A DNA stretch of 64,000 bases from Alphaproteobacteria bacterium (GTDB lineage: Bacteria; Pseudomonadota; Alphaproteobacteria; SP197): positions 64,001-128,000 of the forward strand of contig OZ245842.1 of the NCBI GenBank assembly GCA_965228895.1, in the 5' to 3' direction. Positions 28,161-39,658 of this stretch are shown here, piece by piece. The first letter of the stretch is position 1. Every line of letters begins with the position of its first letter. The position numbers and the translations under genes were made by a program. Under the pieces are notes generated by a model. That model did no database searches, was not told where the DNA came from, and saw only the letters and a program-made list of their open reading frames with translations.

Positions 28161-29654
28161 ATGGACCCAGATGCCGACGGCCAGCCGGCCAACAATATCC
28201 CCGAGTTTTCGGTTTCCGAGATCAGTCAGGCGGTCAAGCGCACCATCGAAGGCGCGTTCGACCGTGTGCGGGTGCGCGGCGAGATCTCGCGCGTGACCAC
28301 GGCGGCGTCCGGCCACATGTATCTGTCGCTGAAAGACGATAAGGCGGTGCTGGATTCCGTCATCTGGCGCAACACCGCCAACCAATTGCGTCATCGCCCG
28401 GAACAGGGGTTGGAGATGGTCGCGACCGGGCGGCTCACCACCTATGCCGGGCGCTCCAGCTATCAGCTGATCATCGAGAGCATCGAGCCCGCCGGCGTCG
28501 GCGCGCTGATGGCGCTGTTGGAAGAACGCCGCAAGAAGCTCGGCGCCGAAGGCCTGTTCGACGACGCGAGGAAACAGCCAATCCCCTGGCTGCCCGACGT
28601 TATCGGCGTCGTGACGTCACCGACCGGCGCGGTCATTCGCGACATCATGCACCGTCTGCGCGACCGTTTCCCCCGCCATGTGCTGCTGTGGCCGGTCATG
28701 GTGCAGGGTGATGGCGCTGCCGAGCAGGTCGCCGCCGCGATCGAAGGGTTCAACCGGCTTGCCGAAGCCGGCCCGGTGCCGCGGCCCGATGTGCTGATCG
28801 TCGCGCGCGGTGGCGGCAGCGTCGAAGACCTGTGGGCCTTCAACGAAGAGATTGTCGTGCGGGCCGCCGCCGGATCGACGATCCCGCTGATCTCGGCGAT
28901 CGGCCACGAGACCGACACCACACTGATCGACTTCGCCGCCGACCGGCGCGCGCCGACGCCGACCGCTGCCGCCGAGATGGCGGTGCCGGTGCGCGCGGAA
29001 CTGGAAGTTCAGGTACTCGACGCCGAGCAGCGCATGATCGGCGCCGCGCAACGCCAACTCGACCGTCGGCGCGTTGATCTAAGGGGGCTGGCGCGCGGCC
29101 TGCCCGATCCCGTGCGCCTGGTCGAGACAGCGGCACAGGATCTCGACAACGCGACGGAATCGCTACGCCGGGTCGCGACCGTCTTTCTCGGCGAGCGTCG
29201 CCACGGCCTGCGCGACCTGGCCGAGCGTCTGCGTCATCCCCGCGAGCTCCTGGCCGACAAACGTGGCGCGCTGGCCAAGGCCTCGGCCGGGTTACGCCTG
29301 AAGAGCCTTGTCGACAGGCTCGACCAGCAGCACGATCAAGTCATAAGGCGGACGCGCGACCTCGATCAGATCGTGGTGCGCCAGCTCAAAGACCGGAACC
29401 GTCACGTCGCCAACCTGGGCAAACTGCTTGAGAGCTACAGCTACGAGCAAACGTTGAGCCGGGGCTTTGCCGTAATTCTTGATGAAGGCGGCGACGTTCT
29501 TTCCCGTGCCGCGGCGATCAAGCCGGGCATGGCCCTGACCTTGAAGCTCCAGGATGGCGAACGCCACGCAGTGGCCGATGGCGAAACCCCGCCCGCTAAA
29601 CCCCGCGCGAAACCAAAAAAGAAAAGCGGCGGCGACCAGGGCGCGCTGTTTTAG
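28161..29654 (+). CDS. xseA: Exodeoxyribonuclease VII large subunit
   Basis: SVSEIS, VRGEIS, SGHMY, TSPTGAVIRD, ARGGGSVEDLWAFNEE, GHETD, APTPTAAAE. Confidence 0.96.
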   Translation: MDPDADGQPANNIPEFSVSEISQAVKRTIEGAFDRVRVRGEISRVTTAASGHMYLSLKDDKAVLDSVIWRNTANQLRHRPEQGLEMVATGRLTTYAGRSSYQLIIESIEPAGVGALMALLEERRKKLGAEGLFDDARKQPIPWLPDVIGVVTSPTGAVIRDIMHRLRDRFPRHVLLWPVMVQGDGAAEQVAAAIEGFNRLAEAGPVPRPDVLIVARGGGSVEDLWAFNEEIVVRAAAGSTIPLISAIGHETDTTLIDFAADRRAPTPTAAAEMAVPVRAELEVQVLDAEQRMIGAAQRQLDRRRVDLRGLARGLPDPVRLVETAAQDLDNATESLRRVATVFLGERRHGLRDLAERLRHPRELLADKRGALAKASAGLRLKSLVDRLDQQHDQVIRRTRDLDQIVVRQLKDRNRHVANLGKLLESYSYEQTLSRGFAVILDEGGDVLSRAAAIKPGMALTLKLQDGERHAVADGETPPAKPRAKPKKKSGGDQGALF

Positions 29655-30646
29655 ACGGCGGGTTCCGCCTTCTTGTTCAGGACCGGCATCAGCAGCGCGT
29701 CGAGCGCGTCGGGGTCGCGGAACACCAGATTGACGCGGACCGGCCGCGCCATCAGGCGCGCGTCGGCGGGCAGGCGGACCCAGTCTTTTTCGGTCGTGAC
29801 CAATTCGCCGCCGGCCCGGCTCGCGCGTTCGGCCAGGTCCATGATTTCGAGCGGCTGGTAACGGTGGTGGTCGGCGAAACTCTTGGTGCCGACGACGTGG
29901 GCACCAAGGCCCGTGAGCGTCTCGAAGAACTTGACCGGCCTGCCGATGCCAGCGAAAGCAAAGACGGCCTGGCCTTCCAGGACGAGCGCCTCCAGCTGCG
30001 GCTCGATCGCGGCTTCCAGAACGGCCAATCCATGGTTCTTGAGCGCCGGGCCGAACTGGAATTGATCTTCACCGACGATGACGACGGCCTGCGCGCGGTC
30101 CAGGCCACGGGCCACCGGTTCGCGCAGGGGTCCTGCGGGCAGGAGCTGTCCGTTGCCAAAACCATAGGCGCCATCGATCACGATGATGGAGAGATCCTTG
30201 GCGAGGGACGGGTTCTGGAAACCGTCGTCCATGACGATGACGTCGGCGCCCGCTTCCACCGCCTGCCTGGCGCCGGCGACACGGTCGCGCGCTACCCAGA
30301 CCGGCGCGTGCCCGGCCAGCACTAGCGCTTCGTCGCCGACATCAATTGCCGTATCGCTCTTGGCGTCAACCCGATGGGGCCCGGTGCGGCGCCCGCCGTA
30401 ACCGCGTGTCAGAAAGTGAGGTTGCGCGCCCAGGCGGCGCAACTGGCGGGCGATGGTAATCGCGGTCGGCGTTTTGCCGGCGCCGCCTGCGACCAGGTTG
30501 CCGATACAGATGACGGGAACCGCTGCCTTGGCGCCCTGGCCGGCCGATGCTTGGCGCCACCATGCCACGGCACCGTAGCACCAGGCCGCCGGCGCCAGGA
30601 GTGCGGCGAGCAAACCGCGCTTCGACCAGAACTCAGGGGTCTGCAT
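29651..30646 (-). CDS. lpxK: Tetraacyldisaccharide 4'-kinase
   Basis: GNLVAGGAGKTP, TRGYGG, DDGFQ, LLPAGPLRE, TTEKD. Confidence 0.96.
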   Translation of the reverse strand: MQTPEFWSKRGLLAALLAPAAWCYGAVAWWRQASAGQGAKAAVPVICIGNLVAGGAGKTPTAITIARQLRRLGAQPHFLTRGYGGRRTGPHRVDAKSDTAIDVGDEALVLAGHAPVWVARDRVAGARQAVEAGADVIVMDDGFQNPSLAKDLSIIVIDGAYGFGNGQLLPAGPLREPVARGLDRAQAVVIVGEDQFQFGPALKNHGLAVLEAAIEPQLEALVLEGQAVFAFAGIGRPVKFFETLTGLGAHVVGTKSFADHHRYQPLEIMDLAERASRAGGELVTTEKDWVRLPADARLMARPVRVNLVFRDPDALDALLMPVLNKKAEPAV

Positions 30647-31916
30647 GACCCAAGGCGTCGGTGATCGGTTTGAGCGATTCCTCGATCCGGTCCAAGACGC
30701 CGTTTGCATCGCGTTCGGCAATGGCGAGAGCGGCTTCGCCCATCGCTTGGCGTCGATCGGGATCGGCAAACAAGTCGGCGACGGCATCGATCAGGCCGGC
30801 TTCGTCGGCAACCTCGATGGCGCCACCGCCCACGGTCAGCGCCGCGGCCGCATCGACGAAGTTGGTCATGCCGGGCCCGAAGACGACGGCGCGGCCCAGG
30901 CGTGCCGGTTCGCGCGGATTGTGCCCGCCATCGTGCAGCAGCGACTTGCCGATAAAGACGATTGGCCCGAGCTGCAGGTAAAGTCCCATCTCGCCCATGG
31001 TATCGCCCAGGAAGACGTCGCAGCTCTTGTCCGGCATGACGCCGGAACTGCGCCTAACGACGGTCGCGCCGTCGGCTTCCAGCTCGCGTGCGACGTCGTC
31101 ACCGCGTATGGGATGCCGCGGTACAATGACCGATAACAAGTCTGGCAGCGTGGCGGCCAGCTCTTGATGGACCCGCCACGCCAGTGCTTCTTCGCCTTCA
31201 TGGGTGCTTGCGGCGATCCAGACCGGGCGCTCGCCGATCGCGGCGTGCAGGCCTTTGAGGGCGTCCGGGTCGGCTTCCGGTAACGCCGCGACCGCCTTCA
31301 GATCGCCGGCGAAATGCGCCTGCTGCGCACCCAGTTCGGCAAAGCGCTGGGCATCGGTCTCGGTCTGGGCCAGGCAGACCCTGAACCCGCCAACCAGTCC
31401 TTTGACCGTTTCCAGCAGGTAGCGCCAGCGCGCGAACGATCCCGCCGACATGCGGCCGTTGACCAAGGCGCGCGGGATGTCGCGGCGATCGAGCGCCGCC
31501 AACAGGTTGGGCCACAGCTCCGACTCAACCCACAGCGCGGCGTTGGGGCGCCAATGATCGAGGAAACGTCTGACGGCGCCGGGTGTGTCGACCGGGACAA
31601 ACTGATGGATAGCGCGAGGCGGCAATCGCTCGGCGAGGATTTCCGCTGACGTCACCGTGCCCGTCGTCACGAGAACATTGAGATCGTCATGGCGGCTGGT
31701 CAGGCGTTCGATCAGGGGCAGCACCGACAAGGACTCACCGACGCTTGCCGCATGGACCCACAGCAACGGTCCGTCGGGGCGCGGCAGGCCGGGATGACCG
31801 AACCGTTCGCCAAACCGCACGGTCGACTCCTTGCCCCTCGACAAGCGCCGCTTGAGCAGCATCGGTACAAACGGCTCAATAACCCATGCGGTCGAACGGT
31901 AGAGCATCAGGCTCAT
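30633..31916 (-). CDS. waaA: 3-deoxy-D-manno-octulosonic acid transferase
   Basis: WVHAASVGE, ESELWPN, ASTHEGEE, VPRHP, DTMGEM, GGHNPREP. Confidence 0.96.
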   Translation of the reverse strand: MSLMLYRSTAWVIEPFVPMLLKRRLSRGKESTVRFGERFGHPGLPRPDGPLLWVHAASVGESLSVLPLIERLTSRHDDLNVLVTTGTVTSAEILAERLPPRAIHQFVPVDTPGAVRRFLDHWRPNAALWVESELWPNLLAALDRRDIPRALVNGRMSAGSFARWRYLLETVKGLVGGFRVCLAQTETDAQRFAELGAQQAHFAGDLKAVAALPEADPDALKGLHAAIGERPVWIAASTHEGEEALAWRVHQELAATLPDLLSVIVPRHPIRGDDVARELEADGATVVRRSSGVMPDKSCDVFLGDTMGEMGLYLQLGPIVFIGKSLLHDGGHNPREPARLGRAVVFGPGMTNFVDAAAALTVGGGAIEVADEAGLIDAVADLFADPDRRQAMGEAALAIAERDANGVLDRIEESLKPITDALGHADP

Positions 31917-32620
31917 GATCCCGTCGCTCCGGCCGGTTCCATGTTTGCCGGCATGATCGTATTGACGCCCATCATGGCGTCGGCGCGGGCCGTCAGCTCG
32001 TTCATCTGTGTTTCGATCATCAGCCGTGCTGATTCACTGTCGGTATCGCGTGCGATTTCGATCGGTGCGCCGACCAGGAAAACACCGCGTGTGAAAGGCA
32101 GCGGCAGAATGAAACGGTCCCACGACCCGAAGACGACGCGCCAGCGCGCCGCATAGGTCGCCGGCAGGATCGGCACGCCGGAGAGCTTGGCGATGTCGGC
32201 GATGGCGCCGGTACAGCGCATCCGCGGCCCGCGCGGCCCATCCGGCGTGATGCCGACACAGGTACCATCCTTCAACGCCGCCAACACGTTCCGCAGGGCC
32301 GCGGTACCGCCGCGTTTGGTTGAACCCTGGATGCAGCCGATGTCGAAATGCTTGATTGCATCGGCGATCAAGACACCATCACCGTGCCGGGAGATCAGCA
32401 TTTTCACCGGCATTGCCTTAGGCCATTGCGGCGGCATCATCAGCATGCGCCCATGCCAGAAGGCGATGATCAGGGGACGGGTGCTGCCCGGCAGGATCTC
32501 GTCGCCGCCGATCATGCGCCATCGCCCGGTCCACCGGACAAGGCGCATGTAATGCGCGGCCAGTGCCGATAACGTGCGCTGAACGGCCTGCTTTTTCAGG
32601 ACGGACTTCAAGAAGGCCAT
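31913..32620 (-). CDS. DUF374 / lysophospholipid acyltransferase family protein
   Basis: FWHGR, ISRHGDG, ITPDGPRGP, SWDRF..PLPF; lipid A operon context. Confidence 0.9.
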   Translation of the reverse strand: MAFLKSVLKKQAVQRTLSALAAHYMRLVRWTGRWRMIGGDEILPGSTRPLIIAFWHGRMLMMPPQWPKAMPVKMLISRHGDGVLIADAIKHFDIGCIQGSTKRGGTAALRNVLAALKDGTCVGITPDGPRGPRMRCTGAIADIAKLSGVPILPATYAARWRVVFGSWDRFILPLPFTRGVFLVGAPIEIARDTDSESARLMIETQMNELTARADAMMGVNTIMPANMEPAGATGS

Positions 32621-32626
32621 TGTCGG

Positions 32627-34426
32627 TTATTCGCCGGCGGCGACGGCCGCTGGATCCGGTTCGTCGACCACCTGCAGCGCGTACATCTGCGCGTAAGCGC
32701 CTCGTCGCGCCAGCAATTCCGCATGGCTGCCGGCCTCGACGACGTGGCCCTGATCCAGCACATAGATGGTGTCCGCATCAGCGACGGTAGAGAGACGATG
32801 GGCGACAACCACGGTCGTGCGCCCCTTGGCAAGGCGCGCCAGGGCCTGCTGCACGTCGCGCTCCGACTGGCTGTCGAGCGCGCTGGTCGCCTCGTCAAGC
32901 AGCAGGATGGGCGCGTCGCGCAGGATCGCGCGTGCGATCGACAAACGCTGGCGCTGGCCACCGGAAAGCTTCAGGCCGGACTCGCCGACCACGGTGTCAT
33001 AGCCGTCCGGCAATGCCATGATGAAGTCGTGGGCGGCGGCGTCGCGTGCGGCGGTCTCGATTTCTTCTCCGCTCGCGTCGGGCCGGCCATAAGCGATGTT
33101 GGCCCGCACCGTGTCGTTGAACAGCGCGACCTCCTGGCTGACCAGCGCGATGTTGCGGCGCAGACTGGTGATCGTCACATCGCGCACGTCGACACCATCG
33201 ACGGTAACCGCGCCTTCGCCGACCTCGTAAAAGCGCGGGATGAGGTTCAGCACCGTCGACTTGCCGGCACCGGAAGCGCCGACCAGGGCGGCGGTCGTGC
33301 CGGCGGGCACGTCGATCGTCACACCATGGAGCGCCGGCGCCTCGCCATAGGCAAAGTGCACGTTCTCCATGCGAATGGCACCGTCGGCCACCGCCAGGTC
33401 AACCGCATCGTCACGGTCGCGGATCGTGGGTTCGACATCGATCAGGGCAAAGACGCGCTGTGCCGCCGCCAGGCCCTCTTGCAGATTGTTGTTCAGCTTG
33501 GCCAGGTTCTTCATCGGCTGGTAGGCCAGCAACAGCGCGGTCATGAACGAGAAGAACGCGCCGGTCGTCGTCGTGCCCTCGATCACCTGGCTGCCGCCAT
33601 AGAGAATGATCACCGCGACCGCGCAGCCGCCCAGGATCTCCATGATCGGGCTGATGACCGCCTTGGCGCGCAAGGTCTTGAAGATGCGCATGAACAATTC
33701 GTCGATGCGCTCGCGGGCGCGTTCGGTCTCGTGGTCTTCCTGGCCATAGGCCTTGATGAAACGAATCCCGCGAAACGTCTCCGACATGAACGCGGTGACC
33801 TGCTCCAGTTCGGCCCAGGCGCGACTGGCGCGTTTGCGCACCTTGCGGCCAATCAGCACGGTCGGCAGTACGGCAAGCGGGAAGACGAAGAACGTGACAA
33901 TCGCCATCAACCAGTCCTGGTAGAACATCAACGCGATCAGAAAGATGAGCGTCAGCACATCCTTGACCAGCCCGGTCAATGTCTTGGCGACGGCATCGCG
34001 CATCAGATCGACGTTGTTCATGCAGCCGGCGATCAGTTCGCCGGTCGACTTGTCCTGGAAGAACGCGAGGTCCGCGTGAATCAGGCTTTGATAAACCCGC
34101 TGGCGGATGTCCGCGACGATGCGCATGGAAACCCGCGACATGATGACGTTCTGGCCGTAATCGGCCATGCCTTTCAGGCCGAACACCACCAGCATCGCGA
34201 TGGTGATCGTCATCAGGCGCGATTCATCGCGGTTGATGAAGATGTCGTCCAGGATCGGCTGCACCAGATAGGCATAGGCCGCCGTCGTCGCGGCGACCAC
34301 GGCCATGAACAGCACTGCCACGAGCATCTGCGGCAGGTAACGCAGGATATGCTCGCGCAGCAGCCGGCGCACGATGATCGGGGTCGGGGTATGGGTCGGC
34401 GCTGCTGCCGGTGTTTGAAGCGTCAC
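32627..34426 (-). CDS. msbA: ABC transporter ATP-binding/permease, MsbA-like lipid A flippase
   Basis: TM domain plus GASGAGKST, LSGGQRQR, LLDEATSALD; adjacent to waaA/lpxK. Confidence 0.8.
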   Translation of the reverse strand: MTLQTPAAAPTHTPTPIIVRRLLREHILRYLPQMLVAVLFMAVVAATTAAYAYLVQPILDDIFINRDESRLMTITIAMLVVFGLKGMADYGQNVIMSRVSMRIVADIRQRVYQSLIHADLAFFQDKSTGELIAGCMNNVDLMRDAVAKTLTGLVKDVLTLIFLIALMFYQDWLMAIVTFFVFPLAVLPTVLIGRKVRKRASRAWAELEQVTAFMSETFRGIRFIKAYGQEDHETERARERIDELFMRIFKTLRAKAVISPIMEILGGCAVAVIILYGGSQVIEGTTTTGAFFSFMTALLLAYQPMKNLAKLNNNLQEGLAAAQRVFALIDVEPTIRDRDDAVDLAVADGAIRMENVHFAYGEAPALHGVTIDVPAGTTAALVGASGAGKSTVLNLIPRFYEVGEGAVTVDGVDVRDVTITSLRRNIALVSQEVALFNDTVRANIAYGRPDASGEEIETAARDAAAHDFIMALPDGYDTVVGESGLKLSGGQRQRLSIARAILRDAPILLLDEATSALDSQSERDVQQALARLAKGRTTVVVAHRLSTVADADTIYVLDQGHVVEAGSHAELLARRGAYAQMYALQVVDEPDPAAVAAGE

Positions 34427-34524
34427 GTTTGGGGCCCACCAGGGAACCGGTTTTCAGGGTAACTAACTATCACGGAAGCGGATTTATCACCAATGGACGG
34501 TCTTCTCGGCCGCCGTTTCGCCGC

Positions 34525-35328
34525 CTACCAGTCGATGGCGGCAATGACGTCCCGCAGTGCCTTGTGCATGGCCGGTCCCGCCGCCAGGACCGAGGGCAGG
34601 CGTGCGCGCCGGGTGTTATAGGTGAAGGCGCCGCCTTCAACGTCGCTCAGTCTGCCGCCGGCCTCTTGCACAATCAGGTCGGCGGCGGCCAGATCCCAGT
34701 CGCTTTTCGCGCCCAGCGAGAAGGTCGCATCGAAGCGCCCGGCCGCGACCAGCGAGATGCGGAACGCGATCGAATTGACGATGTCATAGGTCACCGGCTT
34801 GTCGGCCATGCGCTGGATCGCGCGCAGGACCGTGCGGGAACTGGCCAGGATGTGGGCGCCGTCAAAGCTGTCGCGCGCCGAGACCGCGATCGGCTCACCG
34901 TTCAGCCGGGCGCCGCCGCCGTCGATGGCGTCGAACAGCTCATCGGTCGCCGGGTTCAACACCGCAGCAGCCAGCGGACGCCCGTCGGCGACCATGGCGG
35001 CGGCAATGGTGAACTCCGGCCTGCCTTCGATAAAGGCGCGCGTGCCGTCGATCGGGTCGACGATCCACAGGTTCGCGCTGTCCAGCCGCTCGGCATTGTC
35101 CTCGGTTTCCTCGCTCAGCCAGCCATAAGCGGGCCGGGCCTCGCGCAATCGTTTGAACAGCAGCTTGTTGACCGCGATGTCGGCCTCGCTGACCGGGTCG
35201 TCCTTGCCCTTGGTCCAGGTCTTCAGATCGGTGCGAAAGTGCCGCATCGCCAAGGCGCCGGCCTCGCGCACCGCATCGATCAGAAGGTTGTGGTCGTCGC
35301 GTGCCGCGGCTGAAGCCATTGCGCTCAT
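34525..35328 (-). CDS. cysQ: 3'(2'),5'-bisphosphate nucleotidase / inositol monophosphatase family
   Basis: PVSEAD, LSEE, WIVDPIDGT, WDLAAA. Confidence 0.85.
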   Translation of the reverse strand: MSAMASAAARDDHNLLIDAVREAGALAMRHFRTDLKTWTKGKDDPVSEADIAVNKLLFKRLREARPAYGWLSEETEDNAERLDSANLWIVDPIDGTRAFIEGRPEFTIAAAMVADGRPLAAAVLNPATDELFDAIDGGGARLNGEPIAVSARDSFDGAHILASSRTVLRAIQRMADKPVTYDIVNSIAFRISLVAAGRFDATFSLGAKSDWDLAAADLIVQEAGGRLSDVEGGAFTYNTRRARLPSVLAAGPAMHKALRDVIAAIDW

Positions 35329-36668
35329 TCGCCGCCGACGGTCATGCCATCGATGCGCAGTGTCGGCGCATCGAAACCATGGCGGATTTCGAGATCATTG
35401 GCCGGCCTCACGTTCGCGAACATCTCGATCAGGTTGCCGGCGATGGTGACCTCGGTGATCGGACCGGCCAGCTCACCATTGACGATACGAAATCCGGACG
35501 CGCCGCGGCTGTAGTCGCCGGTGACCTGATTGACGCCAAAACCGATCAGGCCGGTGACATAAAGGCCGTCCTTGATATCGGCCATAAGCTCGGCGGGCGT
35601 TTGGTTGCCGGGTAACAGGGTGACGTTCGAGGCGCCGGGCGACGGCGGGCCCGACGTGCCGCGGCTGGCGTGGCCCGTGGTCGTCAGGTGCAGCTGGCGC
35701 GCCGACCGGCAGTCCAGGAGCCAGGTCGTCAGGCAGCCATTTTCGATCAGGTAGCGTTTCTGGCAGGCGACGCCTTCGCCGTCGAACGGGCGTGATCTCA
35801 GGCCGCGGCGCACATGCGGGTCCTCGACGACGTTGATGCTGCTGTCGAACAGCGCCTCGCCCATGCGGTCGACCAGAAAACTTGTGCCGCGCGCAATCGA
35901 GGGGCCGGTGATGGCACTGGTCAAATGGCCCAGGATGCTGTTGGCCATGCGCGGCTCGAACACGATGGGTACGGGACGGGTCGGCATCTTGGTGCCGCCC
36001 AACTGGCTCAAAGCACGCTTGGCGGCTTCGCGTCCGATGTCTTCGGCCGGGTCAAGATCCTCGCTGAAACGGGCGGCCGAGAAGTGGTAGCCGCGTTCCA
36101 TACCCAGACCTTCGCCGGCGATGACCGAGGCGGAAATCGCGGTCTGGGTGCCCGCGTAGCCCCCGGTAAAACCGTTGGTCGCCGCCATGACGGCGGTCGA
36201 ACGGTGCCAGCCGACCTCCGCACCTTCGGAATTGGTGATGCCGTCGGCCGAACGCGCCGCGTTCTCGCAGGCCAAGGCCTGATCGATCAGGGTGGCGGGG
36301 TCAGGCTCGCCGGGCTCTTCCAGATCGAGATCGGGGATGTCATGCGCGAGTTCGTCGGGCTCGGCGAGACCGGCGAACTCGTCCGGCGGCGCGACCCGCG
36401 CCATGGCGATGGCGCGCTCGACCAGGTCATCAAGCGCGCTTTCGCTGGCATCGGTTGACGAGATGTTGGCCTGGCGCTGGCCGACAAAGACGCGCAGCCC
36501 CAAGTCGAAGGATTCCGCGCGTTCCAGGTCTTCCAGCTCACCCAGCCGCGCGCGCACGTCGAGCGCGGTGCTGTTGAAGATCACCGCGTCGGCGGCGTCG
36601 GCGCCGGCCTTTTTGGCGCGGGCAATCAGATCGCCCGCCAGGGTTTGCGCCTCAGACAACTCCGTCAT
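35325..36668 (-). CDS. pmbA: TldD/PmbA family protein (TldE/PmbA)
   Basis: ITNSEGA, SRPFDGEG, GVNQVTGDYSRGASG, EVTIAGNL; no HExxxH motif. Confidence 0.9.
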   Translation of the reverse strand: MTELSEAQTLAGDLIARAKKAGADAADAVIFNSTALDVRARLGELEDLERAESFDLGLRVFVGQRQANISSTDASESALDDLVERAIAMARVAPPDEFAGLAEPDELAHDIPDLDLEEPGEPDPATLIDQALACENAARSADGITNSEGAEVGWHRSTAVMAATNGFTGGYAGTQTAISASVIAGEGLGMERGYHFSAARFSEDLDPAEDIGREAAKRALSQLGGTKMPTRPVPIVFEPRMANSILGHLTSAITGPSIARGTSFLVDRMGEALFDSSINVVEDPHVRRGLRSRPFDGEGVACQKRYLIENGCLTTWLLDCRSARQLHLTTTGHASRGTSGPPSPGASNVTLLPGNQTPAELMADIKDGLYVTGLIGFGVNQVTGDYSRGASGFRIVNGELAGPITEVTIAGNLIEMFANVRPANDLEIRHGFDAPTLRIDGMTVGGE

Positions 36669-36774
36669 GGCGTGCACATAGCCTCGAAGCGCCGAAAAGG
36701 CCAGCAGAACTGCGCTTTCATCACGTGCCCGTCATCACAGGAAACCCGCTTCACTTTCAGGCAAAACGGCCGGG

Positions 36775-38623
<1,849 letters not shown>

Positions 38624-38670
38624 TCAGCTCTTACGGGGCGCGTCGTGGCGCCGGGATCGGGGTCAGCGGT

Positions 38671-38802
38671 TCACAATGAGCCGGCTGGCGCGGCGGCGCG
38701 TGCCGGCAAGCCCGTAAGTCGCAGGTCGAAGATAAAGACATGATAACGCCCGCGCGCCGGAGCGGCGGACAAATGACGATAACAAGGCTCGAAACGGGAC
38801 AT
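38671..38802 (-). CDS. Possible second leuA uORF (43 aa, ...FIFDLRLTGL...)
   Basis: ATG to TGA in frame; contains CTG-CGA-CTT-A, matching the core of the first leader. Confidence 0.3.
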   Translation of the reverse strand: MSRFEPCYRHLSAAPARGRYHVFIFDLRLTGLPARAAAPAGSL

Positions 38803-38870
38803 CGGTTACACCGGAAACTGCTTGGAAAAAGGGTACGACGGGACGGCTGGCCCGGCGCTTCAGGCGCCGG

Positions 38871-38915
38871 TCAGATAAGTCGTAGACCGAGTAGCAGGGC
38901 GTGCAACCTTTCCAT
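38871..38915 (-). CDS. Leu-rich leader peptide of leuA (MERLHALLLGLRLI)
   Basis: 6 Leu in 14 codons (TTG, CTG, CTA, CTC, CTA, CTT); immediately followed by hairpin CCGGCGC-5 nt-GCGCCGG (38852-38870). Confidence 0.75.
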   Translation of the reverse strand: MERLHALLLGLRLI

Positions 38916-38922
38916 GGTTGCG

Positions 38923-38952
38923 GAAATAGGTGGGAATCGGTGGGGAGTCAAG
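38923..38952 (-). promoter_or_regulatory. Sigma70 promoter for the leuA leader
   Basis: (C)TTGACT (38951-38946) - 17 bp - TATTTC (38928-38923) - 7 bp - ATG at 38915. Confidence 0.6.
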
Positions 38953-39040
38953 GATTTGGGGGATTATGGGTCGACAACAACGTCGAGCGAGCGGAACCGA
39001 ACCTAATGATGCCGAATGTGCAAGTCAGGCTACAAACGTC

Positions 39041-39658
39041 CTATCCAGTTGGAACTTCCTCGAGCGAGAGATCAGTCAATCTTTCTGGAATTGGAAAGTC
39101 CTGCGGCAGTGGCGGTATGTTAGTATCGTTCTCGACGGAGACATAATACATTAGTAGATCAAGCATATACTTGGTCAGTTCCACTATTGACTCATTGATT
39201 GCAACTAACTCGGAAATACTAGCAATCGAGTTAGTGTGGCCGAGCGTGGCGCTTTTTGATGTCCTCGTCCAAACCAACCCACCGTCGTCATGTGGCGCCA
39301 AGCTGTGAGAATGCATCAGTATGTTTCGATTCTCTCGAAGTCGATTAAATGCCTTTGTGGCGAACTCAATTCGACTAACAACATCAGGGTTGTTTTCATG
39401 TCGCCGGGTCAGGTTGAGCAGCATGTCCGCTCGGGTCTGATTACCAACTAGTTGGGTTACCGCTACCCCCTTTTCGGTATTCTCAAACTGCTGCCAAATT
39501 AGTGTGCTCAAGATGTGCTCGCAAAAATTCCACGAAATCGAGATACGTCCCAACGCATAGATTGCAGGCATTGCATCTGAGGTCTCGAAGTAGTCCGTCT
39601 CGGGGTGGTCTTTGGCATCAGGGAAGATTGTGGACCAGTCTGGGTTGTGATCAGCCAT
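39041..39658 (-). CDS. Hypothetical protein with a HEPN-like RxxxxH motif
   Basis: Helical 205-aa ORF; ALGRISISWNFCE N-terminal helix and RNILMH motif. Confidence 0.6.
   Translation of the reverse strand: MADHNPDWSTIFPDAKDHPETDYFETSDAMPAIYALGRISISWNFCEHILSTLIWQQFENTEKGVAVTQLVGNQTRADMLLNLTRRHENNPDVVSRIEFATKAFNRLRENRNILMHSHSLAPHDDGGLVWTRTSKSATLGHTNSIASISELVAINESIVELTKYMLDLLMYYVSVENDTNIPPLPQDFPIPERLTDLSLEEVPTG

Noticed and set aside
27666-28195. N-terminal extensions of xseA and purD in the ORF track
   Set aside because: Artefact of the stop-free GC repeat; RBS and homology place the starts at 27985 and ~28161
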